A DNA stretch of 64,000 nt from the NCBI GenBank assembly GCA_964016885.1, contig OZ024743.1, positions 77,748,001-77,812,000 on the forward strand, written 5' to 3'. Position 1 is the stretch's first letter. Each line of letters opens with the position of its first letter. Of this stretch, positions 26,221 to 39,908 are shown piece by piece. Below the pieces are notes generated by a model that saw only the letters and a list, made by a program, of their open reading frames with translations, was not told the DNA's origin and searched no databases. The translations under genes were made by a program, and so were the position numbers. This DNA comes from Eledone cirrhosa (lineage: Eukaryota).

Positions 26221-26424
26221 TTTCTAGAGGAGAGCACAGCCTCTAGACAAACAGTTCATAAAAGACATACCTCGATGATTATATATATGTCAGAACTAAG
26301 GGCAGTTAATAGTCTGTTTTTAAAGCCAGACACCAGGTGGCGTCATCTTGCTACAATAGTTTCAAGCTAATTTGTTGTTAAAATGTAAATAATTCTAAAT
26401 AGACTATGAAATAAGTAATATAAT

Positions 26425-26612
26425 TGTTTCTACTTTTGGCACAAGACCAGCAATTACCCAGTGCATTACTGGTACTTTATTTTATCGACCCCGTAAGGAT
26501 GAAAGGCAAAGCTAACCTTGGCCGGATTTGAATTCAGACCATAAAGGGCCGTAACTCTTTACTGCAAAGCATTGCGTCTGACACTCTACCGATACTGCCA
26601 ATCCACCGCCCT
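26425..26612 (-). mobile_element. SINE, copy 2
   Basis: Duplicate of 4222-4409. Confidence 0.7.
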
Positions 26613-27468
26613 TGAAATAAGTAATATAATATTTCTTTATTATAACTTTAACATCTATCTTAAATTTTAAATAGTATCTAAGTGAATTAAATGTAACATA
26701 AAATGATAAAATAGGCTACAATATATACCTCTTTTCCTTTGAACTAATTGATTAATCCGGTAATATGATACCCTAGCCAGTTAAAACAAATAGCAACGCC
26801 AACTGCTAAATATTTTTCCACTCGTATAATATCAACTAAAATACAATTATAAATATAAACTAAGATAAATTGGCTACGAAATTAGTAATTAAAATTTTCT
26901 TTAATAGTTACATTATAACTTCAGCATCTTTAAATAAATATCTAAAATTTTGAAAGTTTTTCGATATAGTATCTAATTTAATCTAACATAAGTGATAAAT
27001 AAATAAACTAACGGTCCATACTTGCTTTCTTTTGATCTATTTGACCAATCTGGTAACCTCATACTCTAGCCAGTTCAAAAACACCAACACCAACTGTAAT
27101 ATTTTTCCCACTCATATAATATCTTCTGTGACGATGTTTTTTCCTAGCATATGCTTGCCGGTCACCAAACTAAATAGCTTGTCTCAGACCGCCTGCATAT
27201 CAAATGATATCTACATCTCCTGTGGATTTTATCTGACGAGAACATGTTTCGACTTAAATATAAGCCATACACCTTCGAAATACGTATAATAAAATAAATA
27301 GGGACGGGCTAAAGTAACTGTTTTTTTTTGTTTATTATCATACACAATGTTTAAGCAGGTAATTAAAATCCTAGTCTTCAGAACATTTATATAGATACAT
27401 AACTATTGACTGTGTCAGTGACATCATATAAAAAAGTAGGAGTTGCAAAAAGATATGCTACAGGATTT

Positions 27469-27508
<40 letters not shown>

Positions 27509-27515
27509 AGATATG

Positions 27516-28963
27516 TATCATCATCATCATCATCACCACTGTTTTACGTACGTTCTTCCACACTAGCATGGGTTAGACGGGTTGTCCTGTTGTGGGCAGT
27601 GTCTGGTCGGCTGACCATGCCTTGCTCATACAGGAACTGATTTGGCTTGATTTCTACAGCTGGATGCCCTTCCTAACACCAACCTCATTTACAGTGAGTG
27701 CTGGGTGCTTTTTTGTGGCACCTCCACGACCACCTTGCGGTGGGGGGTGTGGGGGCATATTGTCTATATGCTTCAGCTTGTACCCATGGGAGGTTGGGTA
27801 CTCTGTATTACTGTGTGACGCCAGAGGTCACGGTCGTTTGTCATTACCTTTGAGAGGTGCAATTGGGTAAGGTCGGCTTTTATCACCTCATCCCAGGTCA
27901 TCTTGGGTCTCCCCACTCCGCGGTTTCCATCGACTTCTAGTGCTCTGCACCTTTTTATGCAGCTGTCATCCTTCATACGCATCACATGTCCATACCAGCG
28001 CAACCGCCTCTCCTGCACACAGCATTTGATTCCTCTTATGCTCAGTCTCTCTCTCAATTCATTTATGCTTTGTCGTTCGCGTATATTACTATTACACATC
28101 CATCGGAGCATGCAGGCTTCGTTTCTCTCTAATCTACGTAAGTCTTCCACCTTCAGCGCCCAGGTCTCACTACCATGCAACATCGCTGTCCGGATACACG
28201 CATCATACAGTCTGCCTTTCATTTTGAGGGAGAAGCCTTTTGCAGCTAGCAGTGGTAGTCGTTCCCTAAACTTCTTCCATCCCGTTCTTACCCTAGTTAT
28301 TGTACTTTCTGAACACCCACTTCCGCTGCTAATTCGGTCACCTAGGTAGCAGAAGCTGTCTACTGTTTCTACAGAGCCCTCCCAGAGATTAGTGGTACTT
28401 ATTTCCTGTGGCTGTTTGCTGCTTGCTGTCCCAGCACAGCTGCTGCATGTGAAGCCTACATTCTTAATTAAGATTCCTGAGATCCCGCTACATCTCTTGT
28501 GTACCCATTGATTGCATTTGGGGCAGAGAATGGAGTTCCTACCTACACCTTTCCTACATACTGAGAAAGGCCAATTCCCTGAGGGGGATCTGGGTTCTGT
28601 TTTCTCGTCTACTTACAAAGACATTAGTCTGTCATGTTGTCTTTGAGACCCTTTCTTTCTAGTCCCTGCTTCCAAGTTTGGAATTTCTTCTCTAGTTCTA
28701 CCATAGATTCAGCTATAAGTGCGAGGTCATCAGCATACAGGAGTTCCCATGGGCATCCGGTCTTAAACTCCTCCATTATTGCCTACAGGACTATGATGAA
28801 CAGGAGAGGGCTAAGAACAGAGCCCTGGTGGACACCAACCTGTACGCTAAATTCCTCGCTATACTCATTGCTAATCCTGACTTTGCTGACTGCTCCCCTA
28901 TACATGGTTTGTACAGCTTTCACGAGCCATTCATCTACTCCTAGTTTTCTAAGAGCCCACCAG
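27516..28963 (-). mobile_element. 5'-truncated RTE LINE, copy 2
   Basis: Duplicate of 5311-6760. Confidence 0.9.
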
Positions 28964-28974
28964 ATACATAGACA

Positions 28975-29007
<33 letters not shown>

Positions 29008-29310
29008 GTATAAGGGTATAAGAGGGATAAGTTGTAGTGTGCAGGAGACAAGGCTGAGATGGTATGGACATGTGATGCGCATGGAAGACGACCGCTGGGT
29101 AAAGAAGTGCCAAGAAATCCCAGTAGAAGGAAGACACAGTAGAGGTAGACCACAAAAAACATGGGCGGAGGTGGCGAGAGTAAACCTCAGATCGCTGAAG
29201 CTCACGGAGGAGATGAAGAAGGACCGTGACAAGTGGAGAGATGCTGTGCTGAATAGGACCCGTCCAACCCTTGCAAGCAGGGAAAATAGGACGTAAAGTG
29301 ATGATGATGA
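29008..29310 (+). mobile_element. RTE 3'-terminal fragment with (GAT)n tail
   Basis: ...RDAVLNRTRPTLASRENRT* then gatgatgat; related to the 35260-38500 family. Confidence 0.85.
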
Positions 29311-29321
29311 TATATATATGT

Positions 29322-30213
29322 ATCATCATCATCATCATCAACACCGTTTTACGACAGTTCTTTAAAGCTAGCATGGGTTAGATAGGTTGTCCTCGCGTGG
29401 GCAGTGTCCGGTCAGCTGACCTTGTCTTGCTCATACGGGGACTGAGTTTGGTTAGATTTCTACACCTGGATGCCCTTCCTAATACCAACCTCATTTACAG
29501 TGAGTGCTGGGTGCTTTTTTCCCGTGGCTCCTTCACGTCCACTTTACATTGTGGGCTGGGTGATTTTTTTTTTGCTGTGGCACCTCCACGACCACTTTGC
29601 AGTGTGAGGGTGTGGGGGAATATTGTCTATATGCTATAGCTTCGGGTTGTACCCGTGGGAAGTCGGGTCTTCTATATTACTGCGTGACACCAGAGGTCAC
29701 GGTCGTGTGTCATCGCATTTGAGAGGTACAATTGGGTAAGGTCGGCTTTTATCACCTCATCCCAGGTCTTCTTGGGTCTCCCTACTCTGCGGCTCCCATC
29801 AACTTCTAGTGCTCTGCACCTTTTTGTGCAGCTGTCATCCTTCATATGCATCACATGTCCTTACCAACCAACCACCTCTCCTGCACACAGCATTTGATTC
29901 CTCTTATGCTCAGTCTCTCTCTCAATTCATTTATGCTTTGTCGTTCGCGTATATTACTATTACACATCCATCGGAGCATGCAGGCTTCATTTCTTTCTAA
30001 TCTACGTAAGTCTTCCACCCTCAGCGCCCAGGTCTCACTACCATGTAACATTGCTGTTCGGATACACGCATCATACAGTCTGCCTTTCATTTTGAGAGAA
30101 AAGCTTTTTGCAACTAGCAGTGGCAGTAGCTCCCTGAACTTCTTCCATCCCATTCTTACCCTAGATATTGTACTTTCCGAACACCCACTTCCGCCGCTAA
30201 TTCGGTCATCTAG
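29322..30213 (-). mobile_element. Older degenerate RTE 3' fragment
   Basis: [20 protein letters not shown], frameshifted; (GAT)n tail. Confidence 0.85.
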
Positions 30214-30339
30214 GTGACTTTTACTCGACCTTATTGTAAACCCCCACTGTCCCTGTCTTTGTATTGTCCCCTACATGTCGGCCTTTGTGGCTAATAAATG
30301 AAATCATTATTATTATTGTTACTATTATTATTACTTTTT

Positions 30340-33300
30340 TTTTATTTTTTTCTTCCCAATTCAATGATGTTCCAGAACAATATAAAAGAGGTAATTGGCA
30401 ATTTAGGTTCTGGAACAAAAAAGATCATTGGCAATAAGGGCAGAGGCCCCAGGTTATCACAGCCTGGGCCCGCTCGTCATCGTGCCATTGTAATAGAGCC
30501 AAACAAGGCATTTAGTCTTGGCTGCTGGAACGTACGGACGCTGCTTGACAGGGATTCCTTGGGGCGTCCTGAACGAAGGACCGCTCTTGTTGCAAAGGAG
30601 CTTCGACATTACGATCTTGACATCGTGGCTTTATCTGAGACAAGGCTAGCTGGAGATGGTCATCTTATGGAATTTTGTGGAGAATATACATTCTTCTGGA
30701 AAGGAAGAGATGAAGGAACCAGAAGAGAGGCTGGGGTAGGATTTGCTGTTAAGACTGTGCTTGTGAACAAATTAGAAGAATTCCCAGTAGGGATTAGTGA
30801 GCGTCTTATGTCCATGAGAGTTCCGCTGGACAAGGGAAGATATGCTACCCTGGTGAGTGTGTATGCTCCAACTATGAGTTCTGTCGATGAGGAAAAGGTG
30901 TCCTTTTACCATGCCTTGAAAGGTGTTTTAAGAAATATCCCTCAGGCAGACAGTCATCATGCTTGGTGATTTTAATGCTAGAGTGGGTAGGGATTTTAAC
31001 ACATGGAATGTAATCGGAAGGCATGGGGTGGGAAAGTGTAACAGCAATGGTATGCTCCTGCTGCAGATGTGTGAGGAGCTGGATCTGTGTGTTGCCAACA
31101 CCATGTTCCAACAAAAGAACAAATTCAAGACCACATGGATGCATCCTGCATCTAAGGAATGGCATCTTTTGGACTACGTCCTAGTCAGGATGCGTGACAG
31201 ACAGGATGTGCAGTGTGTTCGTGCTCTTCGTGGAGCTGAGTGCTGGACGGACCACCGCCTGGTACGCGCAAAAGTGAAACTAATCACTAAACGTAAAATG
31301 CGGGCTCCTGGTGTTGCCCTGCCCAAAAGATTGAATGCTGCTCGTCTTAAGGATAAAAATGTGAAGAGGACATTGGAAGAAGAGATGCAGGCTGCAGATC
31401 TTGGTGAGGATTGGCCGACCCTTAAAAAGTCGGTTTATGATGTAGGCAGGCGTGTTCTGGGATTGGCGCAGAGGAAACATCAGGACTGGTTTGATGAGAA
31501 TGATGTACATATAGAAGACTTGTTGGCTGATAAGAGGCGTGCTCTGTCACGTTACTTGACGGCAAAACCACAGGAGAGGAATACGTTGCATGAGGAACTC
31601 AGGGATGTAAAATCACGTGTTAGGCGGAGCCTTTCTCAGATGAAGGATCAGTGGTGGAGTGAGAAAGCTGATGAGATACAAACTGCGTCTGATTCCAATA
31701 ACACAAAGCTGTTGTACAGTCTCTTGCGTGAGGTTTATGGACCGTCTTCTTCTCTGGTGACACCGCTTCGCAGCAAGGATGGCAAAGAACTTCTTCGTGA
31801 CTCACCAGGAATTCTACGAAGGTGGCGAGAGCACTTTGATGATCTTTTGAATCAACCGTCTGTCGTCAGTGAAGATTTCCTCAATCTCATTCCAGAACGT
31901 CCTGTGAAAGTAACTCTCGCAGAAACTCCGACGCTTGTGGAGGTTGCAGTGGCTATCTCGAAGCTGAACAGTGGAAGGTCTCCAGGTATGGATGGCATAC
32001 ATGCTGAGCTCCTACAATATGGTGGTGAGAGACTCCTGCAACATCTTCACTCTTTGTTTGGCAGGATATGGGCTAATGAATCTGTACTTGAGGACTGGAG
32101 AGATGCAGTAATGGTGGTCTTGTACAAGGGAAAGGGTAACAGGAACGATTGTGGGAACTACAGAGGTATATCATTGCTTTCTGTCGTAGGGAAGGTTTTA
32201 TGTAGGGTGCTTCTGGACCGTCTGCTGACACACATTGCAGATTGTGTTCTTCCTGAAAGTCAATCTGGTTTTCTTGCTGGACGCGGCACTACTGATATGA
32301 TCTTCTCAGCTAGACAGCTCCAGGAGAAGTGCATGGAACAAGGCTTGGATCTGTATCAGGTTTTTGTCGATCTGACAAAAGCTTTCGATACTGTTAACAG
32401 AGATGCATTATGGAAGGTTCTCCAGAAACTTGGTTGCCCTGATAAGTTCCTTGCTTTAGTTAGGTCTTTCCATGACGACATGAAGGCTTGGGTTAATGTC
32501 GGGGGTAACATGTCGGAGCCTATCTCAGTAAAAAATGGAGTGAAACGGGGGGATATTCCAGCACCGACCCTGTTTGCCATATACTTTGCAATGGTTTTCT
32601 GTATTGCATTCAGGAATTGCGAGCATGGTGTTTACATCCGATATCGAACCTCAGGCAGCATATTTAACATCAGGTGCTTTGCTGCGAAGACAAAAGTATT
32701 TACATCAATCATAAGAGACTTCTTGTATGCAGATGATTGCGATCTTGTAGCGCACACAGAGAGTGATATGCAGCACATTTTGAATGCATTTTCTGACGCT
32801 TGCACTGCCCTAGGTCTGACTGTGAGTCTCAAGAAAACCGTCGTCATGTACCAACCTGCCCCTGGTAAGCAGTACACTGAACCAAACATCTATGTGTATG
32901 GCAAACGACTTGGAGTGGTTGATCAGTTTGTCTACCTGGGAAGCACTGTCAATCGATACAGCAACCTTGACAGTGAAATCTCACTTAGGATTAGGAAAGC
33001 AAGTGATGCTTTCGGAAAGCTAGAAAGGCGACTCTGGGGTCGGCGAGACATATGCAGGAGGACAAAGGTAATGGTGTACAGGGCATGTGTGCTCTCTTGT
33101 CTTCTTTATGCCTGCGAGACCTGGGTCACATATCGACACCACCTTAAGCAATTGGAGCGTTTCCATCAGATGTGTCTCAGACGGATCCATGGCGTTCACT
33201 GGAGGGACCACATCAGTGATGTCGAGATTTTGGAAAGCTCTATGTGTGACAGTATAGAAGCTCTCGTGCTTAAGCAACGACTCTGTTGGAGTGGTCACCT

Positions 33301-33915
33301 TGCCAGGATGAAGGATTCTAGAATACCAAAACAACTCTTTTATGGAGAGTTGGTTAAAGGAAAACGACCACCACATAAACCAAAAAAGAGGTATAAGGAT
33401 TCCTTGAAAGCCTCCCTGAAAGACGCTAACATCTCTGCTGATACATGGGAGAATATTGCTGCTGATCGTAATAAATGGAGAAAGACTGTATATGAGGGAA
33501 AAGTTGCCTTTGAGGCATCTCGAATCGCATACGAGAAAGTAAAGCGGGCTGTGAGGAAGGGCATTGCTGTTGCACTTCCAGACGGCGAGGGTCCTCCTAT
33601 GGTGCTGACATGCAGCGTATGTGCGAGACTCTGCCTAACCAAAGCTGGACTCGAAAGTCATCTTCGCAGTCATAAAGTAAGACCAGTGGTTGACTACCAG
33701 GCTGCTGTTGGAGATGCTACTCATCATGCTTGCCAAACATGTGGTAGAGAATGTAAATCAGCAGGAGGGCTCAAGCGACATGCAAAAGTACACAAACTCC
33801 AACCACAGCCGACTATTCTCAGTGAATGTTTTGGTTGCCGACTCTGTGCAAGACATTTTAGATCATTGGCTGGGCTAAAAAGCCACATTCGATTGCAGCG
33901 CTGTTAGTTGCTATC

Positions 33916-33949
<34 letters not shown>

Positions 33950-33981
33950 GCTTGTGTGTGTGTGTATATATATATGTATAT

Positions 33982-34015
<34 letters not shown>

Positions 34016-34190
34016 GTTATTATTATTATTATTATTGTTATTAATGTATGTGTGTGTGTGTATATATGTATATATATATATATATATTTTATTTTTTTAT
34101 TTTTTTATTTTTATTTATTTATTATTATTATTATTTTTTTTTTTTTTCTCTTGCAATGGCCATACTCGATAACGAGGGGGCAGCCATCAT
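30340..34190 (+). mobile_element. Near full-length RTE (BovB-like) LINE
   Basis: APE, RT and terminal zinc fingers; 3' end ..gataacgaggggcagccatcat after microsatellite expansions; 5' boundary uncertain. Confidence 0.85.
30364..33907 (+). CDS. APE endonuclease-reverse transcriptase with three C-terminal C2H2 zinc fingers; one frameshift near 30950
   Basis: CWNVRTL, ALSETR, SVYAPT | LGDFNARVG, TDHRL, NYRGISLL, FVDLTKAFD, LYADD, then CxxC..H..H three times. Confidence 0.88.
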
Positions 34191-34223
34191 ATATATATGT
34201 ATGTATATATGTATGTATGTATG

Positions 34224-34257
<34 letters not shown>

Positions 34258-34305
34258 TGTATGTATGTATGTATGTATGTATGTATGTATATGTATGTAT
34301 GTATG

Positions 34306-34358
<53 letters not shown>

Positions 34359-34527
34359 GTATATATGTATGTATGTATATATATATGTATGTATATATAC
34401 ATGTATGTATGTATATATACATGTATGTATATATATATGTATGTATGTATGTATATGTATGTATGTATGTATGTATATATATGTATGTATGTATATATAT
34501 ATATATGTATGTATATATACATATATA

Positions 34528-34568
<41 letters not shown>

Positions 34569-34646
34569 ACATACATATATATATATACATACATATATAT
34601 ATATACATACATATATATATATACATACATATATATATATACATAC

Positions 34647-34717
<71 letters not shown>

Positions 34718-34888
34718 CATACATATATATATATATACATACATATATATATATATACATACATATATATATATATACATACATATATATATATATATAT
34801 ATACATACATATATATATACATACATATATATATATATACATACATATATATATATATACATACATATATATATACATACATATATAT

Positions 34889-34963
<75 letters not shown>

Positions 34964-34986
34964 CATACATATATATATACATATAT

Positions 34987-35017
<31 letters not shown>

Positions 35018-35162
35018 CATATATATATACATACATATATATATATATATACATACATATATATATATACATACATATATATATATACATACATATATAT
35101 ATATATACATACATATATATATATATATATACATACATACATACATATATATACATACATAC

Positions 35163-35201
<39 letters not shown>

Positions 35202-35202
35202 C

Positions 35203-35255
<53 letters not shown>

Positions 35256-35260
35256 CATAC
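34190..35260. repeat. (TATG)n/(TA)n/(TACA)n microsatellite
   Basis: Direct inspection. Confidence 0.97.
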
Positions 35261-38200
35261 ATCATCATCATCATTTTACGTCCGCTTTTCCCTGCTTGCA
35301 ATGGTGGGACGGGTTTTATTCAGCACAGCATCTCTACACTCGTCACGGTCCCTCGTCATCTCCACCGTGAGCTTCAATGATCTGAGGTCTGTTCTCACCA
35401 CCTCCGCCCATGTTTTTCGTGGTCTACCTCTACCACGTCTTCCTTCAACTGGCATTTCCTGGCACTTCTTCACCCATCGGTCATCCTCCATGCGCATCAC
35501 ATGTCCATACCACCTCAGTCTCCTCTCCCGTACACTACATTCTATCCCTCTCAGACACAGTTTCTCTCTCAACACATTTATGCTGGGTCGTTCACGCACA
35601 TTTACACTGCATATCCAACGGAGCATGCTTGCCTCATTTCTCTCCAGCCGTCGCATATCCTCTGCGGTTGCTGCCCATGTCTCACTACCATGCAGCATCG
35701 CGCTCCTCACACAGGCATCATACAACCGGCCTTTCGTACGCAGGGAGAAACCCTTCTTCGTCAACAGAGGAAGCAGCTCCCTAAACTTCTTCCAACCCAT
35801 CCTTATTCTAGATACTATGGCCTCGGAACACCCTCCTCCCATGCTAATCTGATCTCCTAGGTACCGGAAGCTATCCACCACTTCTATAGCGCCCTCTCGC
35901 ATTTGAAAAATGTGTCTATCAGTGCGACTTCTACTGTCTAATTTCCCTGTACATCTACTGCATACATATTTCTCCCTACCTGTTAGTTTGCCTGCTATCC
36001 CGCTACATCTCTTGTGTACCCAGGACCTGCATTGTGTGCATTTTATAGAATTTATGCCAGTTCCTTTTCTGCATATCGAACATGGCCATTTCCCTGACGG
36101 AATCAGGGTTTTGTCCTCTTTTCTACTCATCAACACTTTTGTCTTAGCTAGATTTACTCTCAGTCCTCTTGCTTCCAACTGCTGTTTCCATAGCCGGAAT
36201 TTATTCTCTAGCTCCTCTACTGATTCTGCCATAAGAGCCAGATCGTCAGCATAGAGAAGTTCCCATGGACAGCCAGTCTTAAACTCCTCTGTTATGGCTT
36301 GGAGGACTATAATGAACAAGAGCGGGCTGAGGACCGAATCCTGATGTACTCCTACTTGTATCTGGAATTCCTCACTAAACTCCATTCCTACCCTGACTTT
36401 ACTGAGAGTACCTCTGTACAAAGTTTGCACTGTCCTCACAAGCCATTCCTCAACACCCAGCTTCCTTAGGGACCACCAGATGACAGATCGGGGTACCCTA
36501 TCAAAGGCCTTCTCTAGGTCAACAAAGGCTAAGTATAGTGGCTTATTCTTCTCTAAGAACCTCTCTTGCATTTGTCTCACCAAGAAGAGGGCATCTGTTG
36601 TACTCTTCCCAGGCACAAAACCAAACTGCATCTCATCTAGTTTGACCCTTTCTCTAATTAGTTGTGCTAAAATCCTTTCTGCTACTTTCATAACCTGATC
36701 TATCAGCTTTATACCCCTATAATTGCTCCTCTCCAAAGCATCCCCTTTACCTTTGTAACAATTTATGAGAATACTGCTGCACCAGTCTTTGGGTATGACA
36801 CCACCATATATAGCCTGATTGATGATGCGTGCAACCAGTTTAGTGCCTACGTCCCCTGATGCCTTCAGCATCTCAGCAACTATTCCCGATGGTCTGGCCA
36901 CCTTACCATTTTTCATTTCCCTAATCGCCTCTTGGACCCTATATTCGTCAATCTCAATAGCTGGTCCCTCTGTCGGATCTACCAAGGGTAATTTCTCTCT
37001 CTCCCATTCGTTCTCCACATTCATCAGTCTCTCATAATGACATTTCCAGGCCTCCTTTTTCTGGTCATTCGTGACACTAAGTACACCGGCATCATCCCGG
37101 ACACATTTATCACCAACAACATCCTGATTTGCATTGACACACTGCCTTGCAATGTGGAACACCGCACGCCTCTGATCTTCCCGTCGCAGAACATTGGCAA
37201 ACTTCCTACTCTCTGCCTCCCTGCGTGCTAAGTACACCTGACGTCTAGCTTCTCTCTTAGTGGCTGTATATTCTTCCCTACTCCCACCCTTTTTCCAAGC
37301 CTTCCATGCTAGTCTTTTGTCTCTAATAGCCTTATCTACTGTGCTGTTCCACCACCAGGTCACTCTCTGTCTGGTTGGAGCTCTGCTCCAGCCACAGGTT
37401 TCATCAGTAGCCTGCAGCAAGTTGTCACGTAAGAACTTCCAGTTATTATCTATGTCATACGTCTCTAAATCGTCTTCTTTTTCGTCATATACATCTTGAA
37501 GGGCTTTCCTAAATTTGAATTTTAGTGAAAGGTCTTTTAGCTTCCAGACCTTTCTTCTCCACACCTTCCTATATGGCTCATTCCATCTCTTGCTTACTGA
37601 GATATCACTAACAACTAACCTATGCTGTGGGGTACATTCTTCCCCAGGGTATGCCTTGGTATTAGACACTATCTGCCTGTCCCGCTGCCTAACTAGCAGG
37701 AAGTCAATCTGGCTTATGTGCTCACCAGATTTGTAGGTTATTAGGTGATTGGCAGGTTTCTGGAAGTTTGTGTTGCAAATAGTCAATGTACTTGCATCAC
37801 AAAATTCAAGAAGTCTCACTCCTTCTTCATTTCTTGAACCGTAACCGTGCCCACCATGTACCCCAGTGTAACCATCCTGGAGCTGTCCAACATGACCATT
37901 GAAGTCTCCTGCTAGCATAACGATGTCTCCGTCCTCTGTCATTGTGGTTGTTTGCAAGAGTTGCTCATAAAAGCAGTCTTTCTCATCTTTGCCTAGGCCT
38001 GCTTGGGGAGCATAGACCGAGATGATTGTCAGTAGTCTCCTACCTACAACTAATCTAAGCTTAATTATTCGATTACTAACTCGAACTACCTCTATTGTCT
38101 TATTGATCCATTTCTCAGCCAGGAAAATGCCTACTCCCCCTAACCCATCATCCTTACCTACCTAGAATAGCTTATAGCTAAGACGCTTGCCTACGACTAG

Positions 38201-38500
38201 TCTCGCAGAGGCACCTCTCCATCTCACCTCTTGCACGCAGCACACATCCACCTGCCTTCTCTCCAGCATCTCCGCTATTTCAGCAGATCTACCTTTGAGA
38301 GTGCCAACATTAAGTGTTGCAACTCTGAGATGCGACGTCTTCATATTTTTCTATGCTGTTTTGTTGCTGTGCTGATAAGCTTTTTGGCATTGATACACTG
38401 GTTGGATGCCCTTCCTAACACCAGCGCCACTTTACAGCATGGACTGGGTGCTTTTATTTGTGCCACCAGCACTAGAGAGGATGTCTTACTAGACTCAAGG
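35260..38500 (-). mobile_element. Near full-length RTE-clade LINE with PHD-like finger
   Basis: ORF 38344->35276, (GAT)n tail right after the stop; 5' boundary approximate. Confidence 0.9.
35276..38344 (-). CDS. APE-RT polyprotein with a single in-frame TAG at 38162-38164
   Basis: [19 protein letters not shown] then in frame to [51 protein letters not shown]. Confidence 0.88.
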
Positions 38501-38889
38501 GCCCTCTCTACCCCTCCATTTTACCGCATGGTCATTAAAAAAAAAAAAAAAAAAAAACTTATTGACACGACTCACACACCAATACTCATGCATACAAACC
38601 ACAACCACACATACCAACACTCATTCATGCATACAATCACACACACAACTCACAAACACATATATATATACATATATTACCGACAGTACTGATACAAAAT
38701 CAAAATCAAAATCGTCAAAATCACTATCATGTCAACTGTTGACCTTTCCCAGTCCAGTTCGGCTTGTATATAATAATAATAACAATAATAATTGTTTGCT
38801 TTACGCTGGTAATGGCGGTGGTGGATAGTGTCAGTGTGGTGGTGGTGGATGGTATCAGCGTGGTGGTGGTGGATGGTCAGTGATGGTGG

Positions 38890-39031
38890 TGTATACATAT
38901 ATACATAGATACATACATATACATATATACATACATACAAACATATACATATATATATATATATACATACATATATATATATGTATATATGTATATATAT
39001 ATATACATATGTATATATGTATATATATATG

Positions 39032-39068
<37 letters not shown>

Positions 39069-39121
39069 GTATATATATATGTATATATATATATATATAT
39101 ATACATATGTATATATATATG

Positions 39122-39163
<42 letters not shown>

Positions 39164-39167
39164 TGTG

Positions 39168-39209
<42 letters not shown>

Positions 39210-39216
39210 TGTGTAC

Positions 39217-39273
<57 letters not shown>

Positions 39274-39280
39274 TGTGTAC

Positions 39281-39370
<90 letters not shown>

Positions 39371-39493
39371 GTATATATATGTATATATATATGTATATGT
39401 ATATATATATGTATATATATATGTATATATATATGTATATATATATGTATATATATATGTATATATATATGTATATATATGTATATATATGTG

Positions 39494-39526
<33 letters not shown>

Positions 39527-39908
39527 GTATATATATATGTATATATATGTATATATATGTGTATATATATGTATATATATGTATATATATGTGTATATAT
39601 ATGTATATATATGTATATATATATGTATATATATATGTATATATATATGTATATATATGTATATATATGTGTATATATATGTATATATATGTGTATATAT
39701 GTGTATATATATGTATATATATGTATATATATATGTATATATATGTATATATATATATGTATATATATGTATATATATATATGTATATATATGTGTATAT
39801 ATATGTATATATATGTGTATATATATGTATATATATATGTGTATATATATGTATATATATATGTATATATATATGTATATATATATGTATATATATATGT
39901 ATATATAT
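38890..39908. repeat. (TA)n/(TATG)n microsatellite
   Basis: Direct inspection. Confidence 0.97.

Larger units (their letters stand above)
18865..29247 (+). repeat. Segmental tandem duplication unit 2 (~10.4 kb, terminal unit)
   Basis: Same content as unit 1; continues into the intact RTE 3' end at 29248. Confidence 0.9.

Noticed and set aside
30215-30330. Possible 3' tail of another SINE/LINE (..gtggctaataaa then (ATT)n)
   Set aside because: Too short to assign without a database search
33908-35852. Long IY/YI/CMYV-rich ORFs here and throughout (e.g. 1609-2318, 38677-39974, 52363-54851, 57514-61195)
   Set aside because: Translations of (TA)n/(TATG)n microsatellite, open in several frames on both strands; not genes
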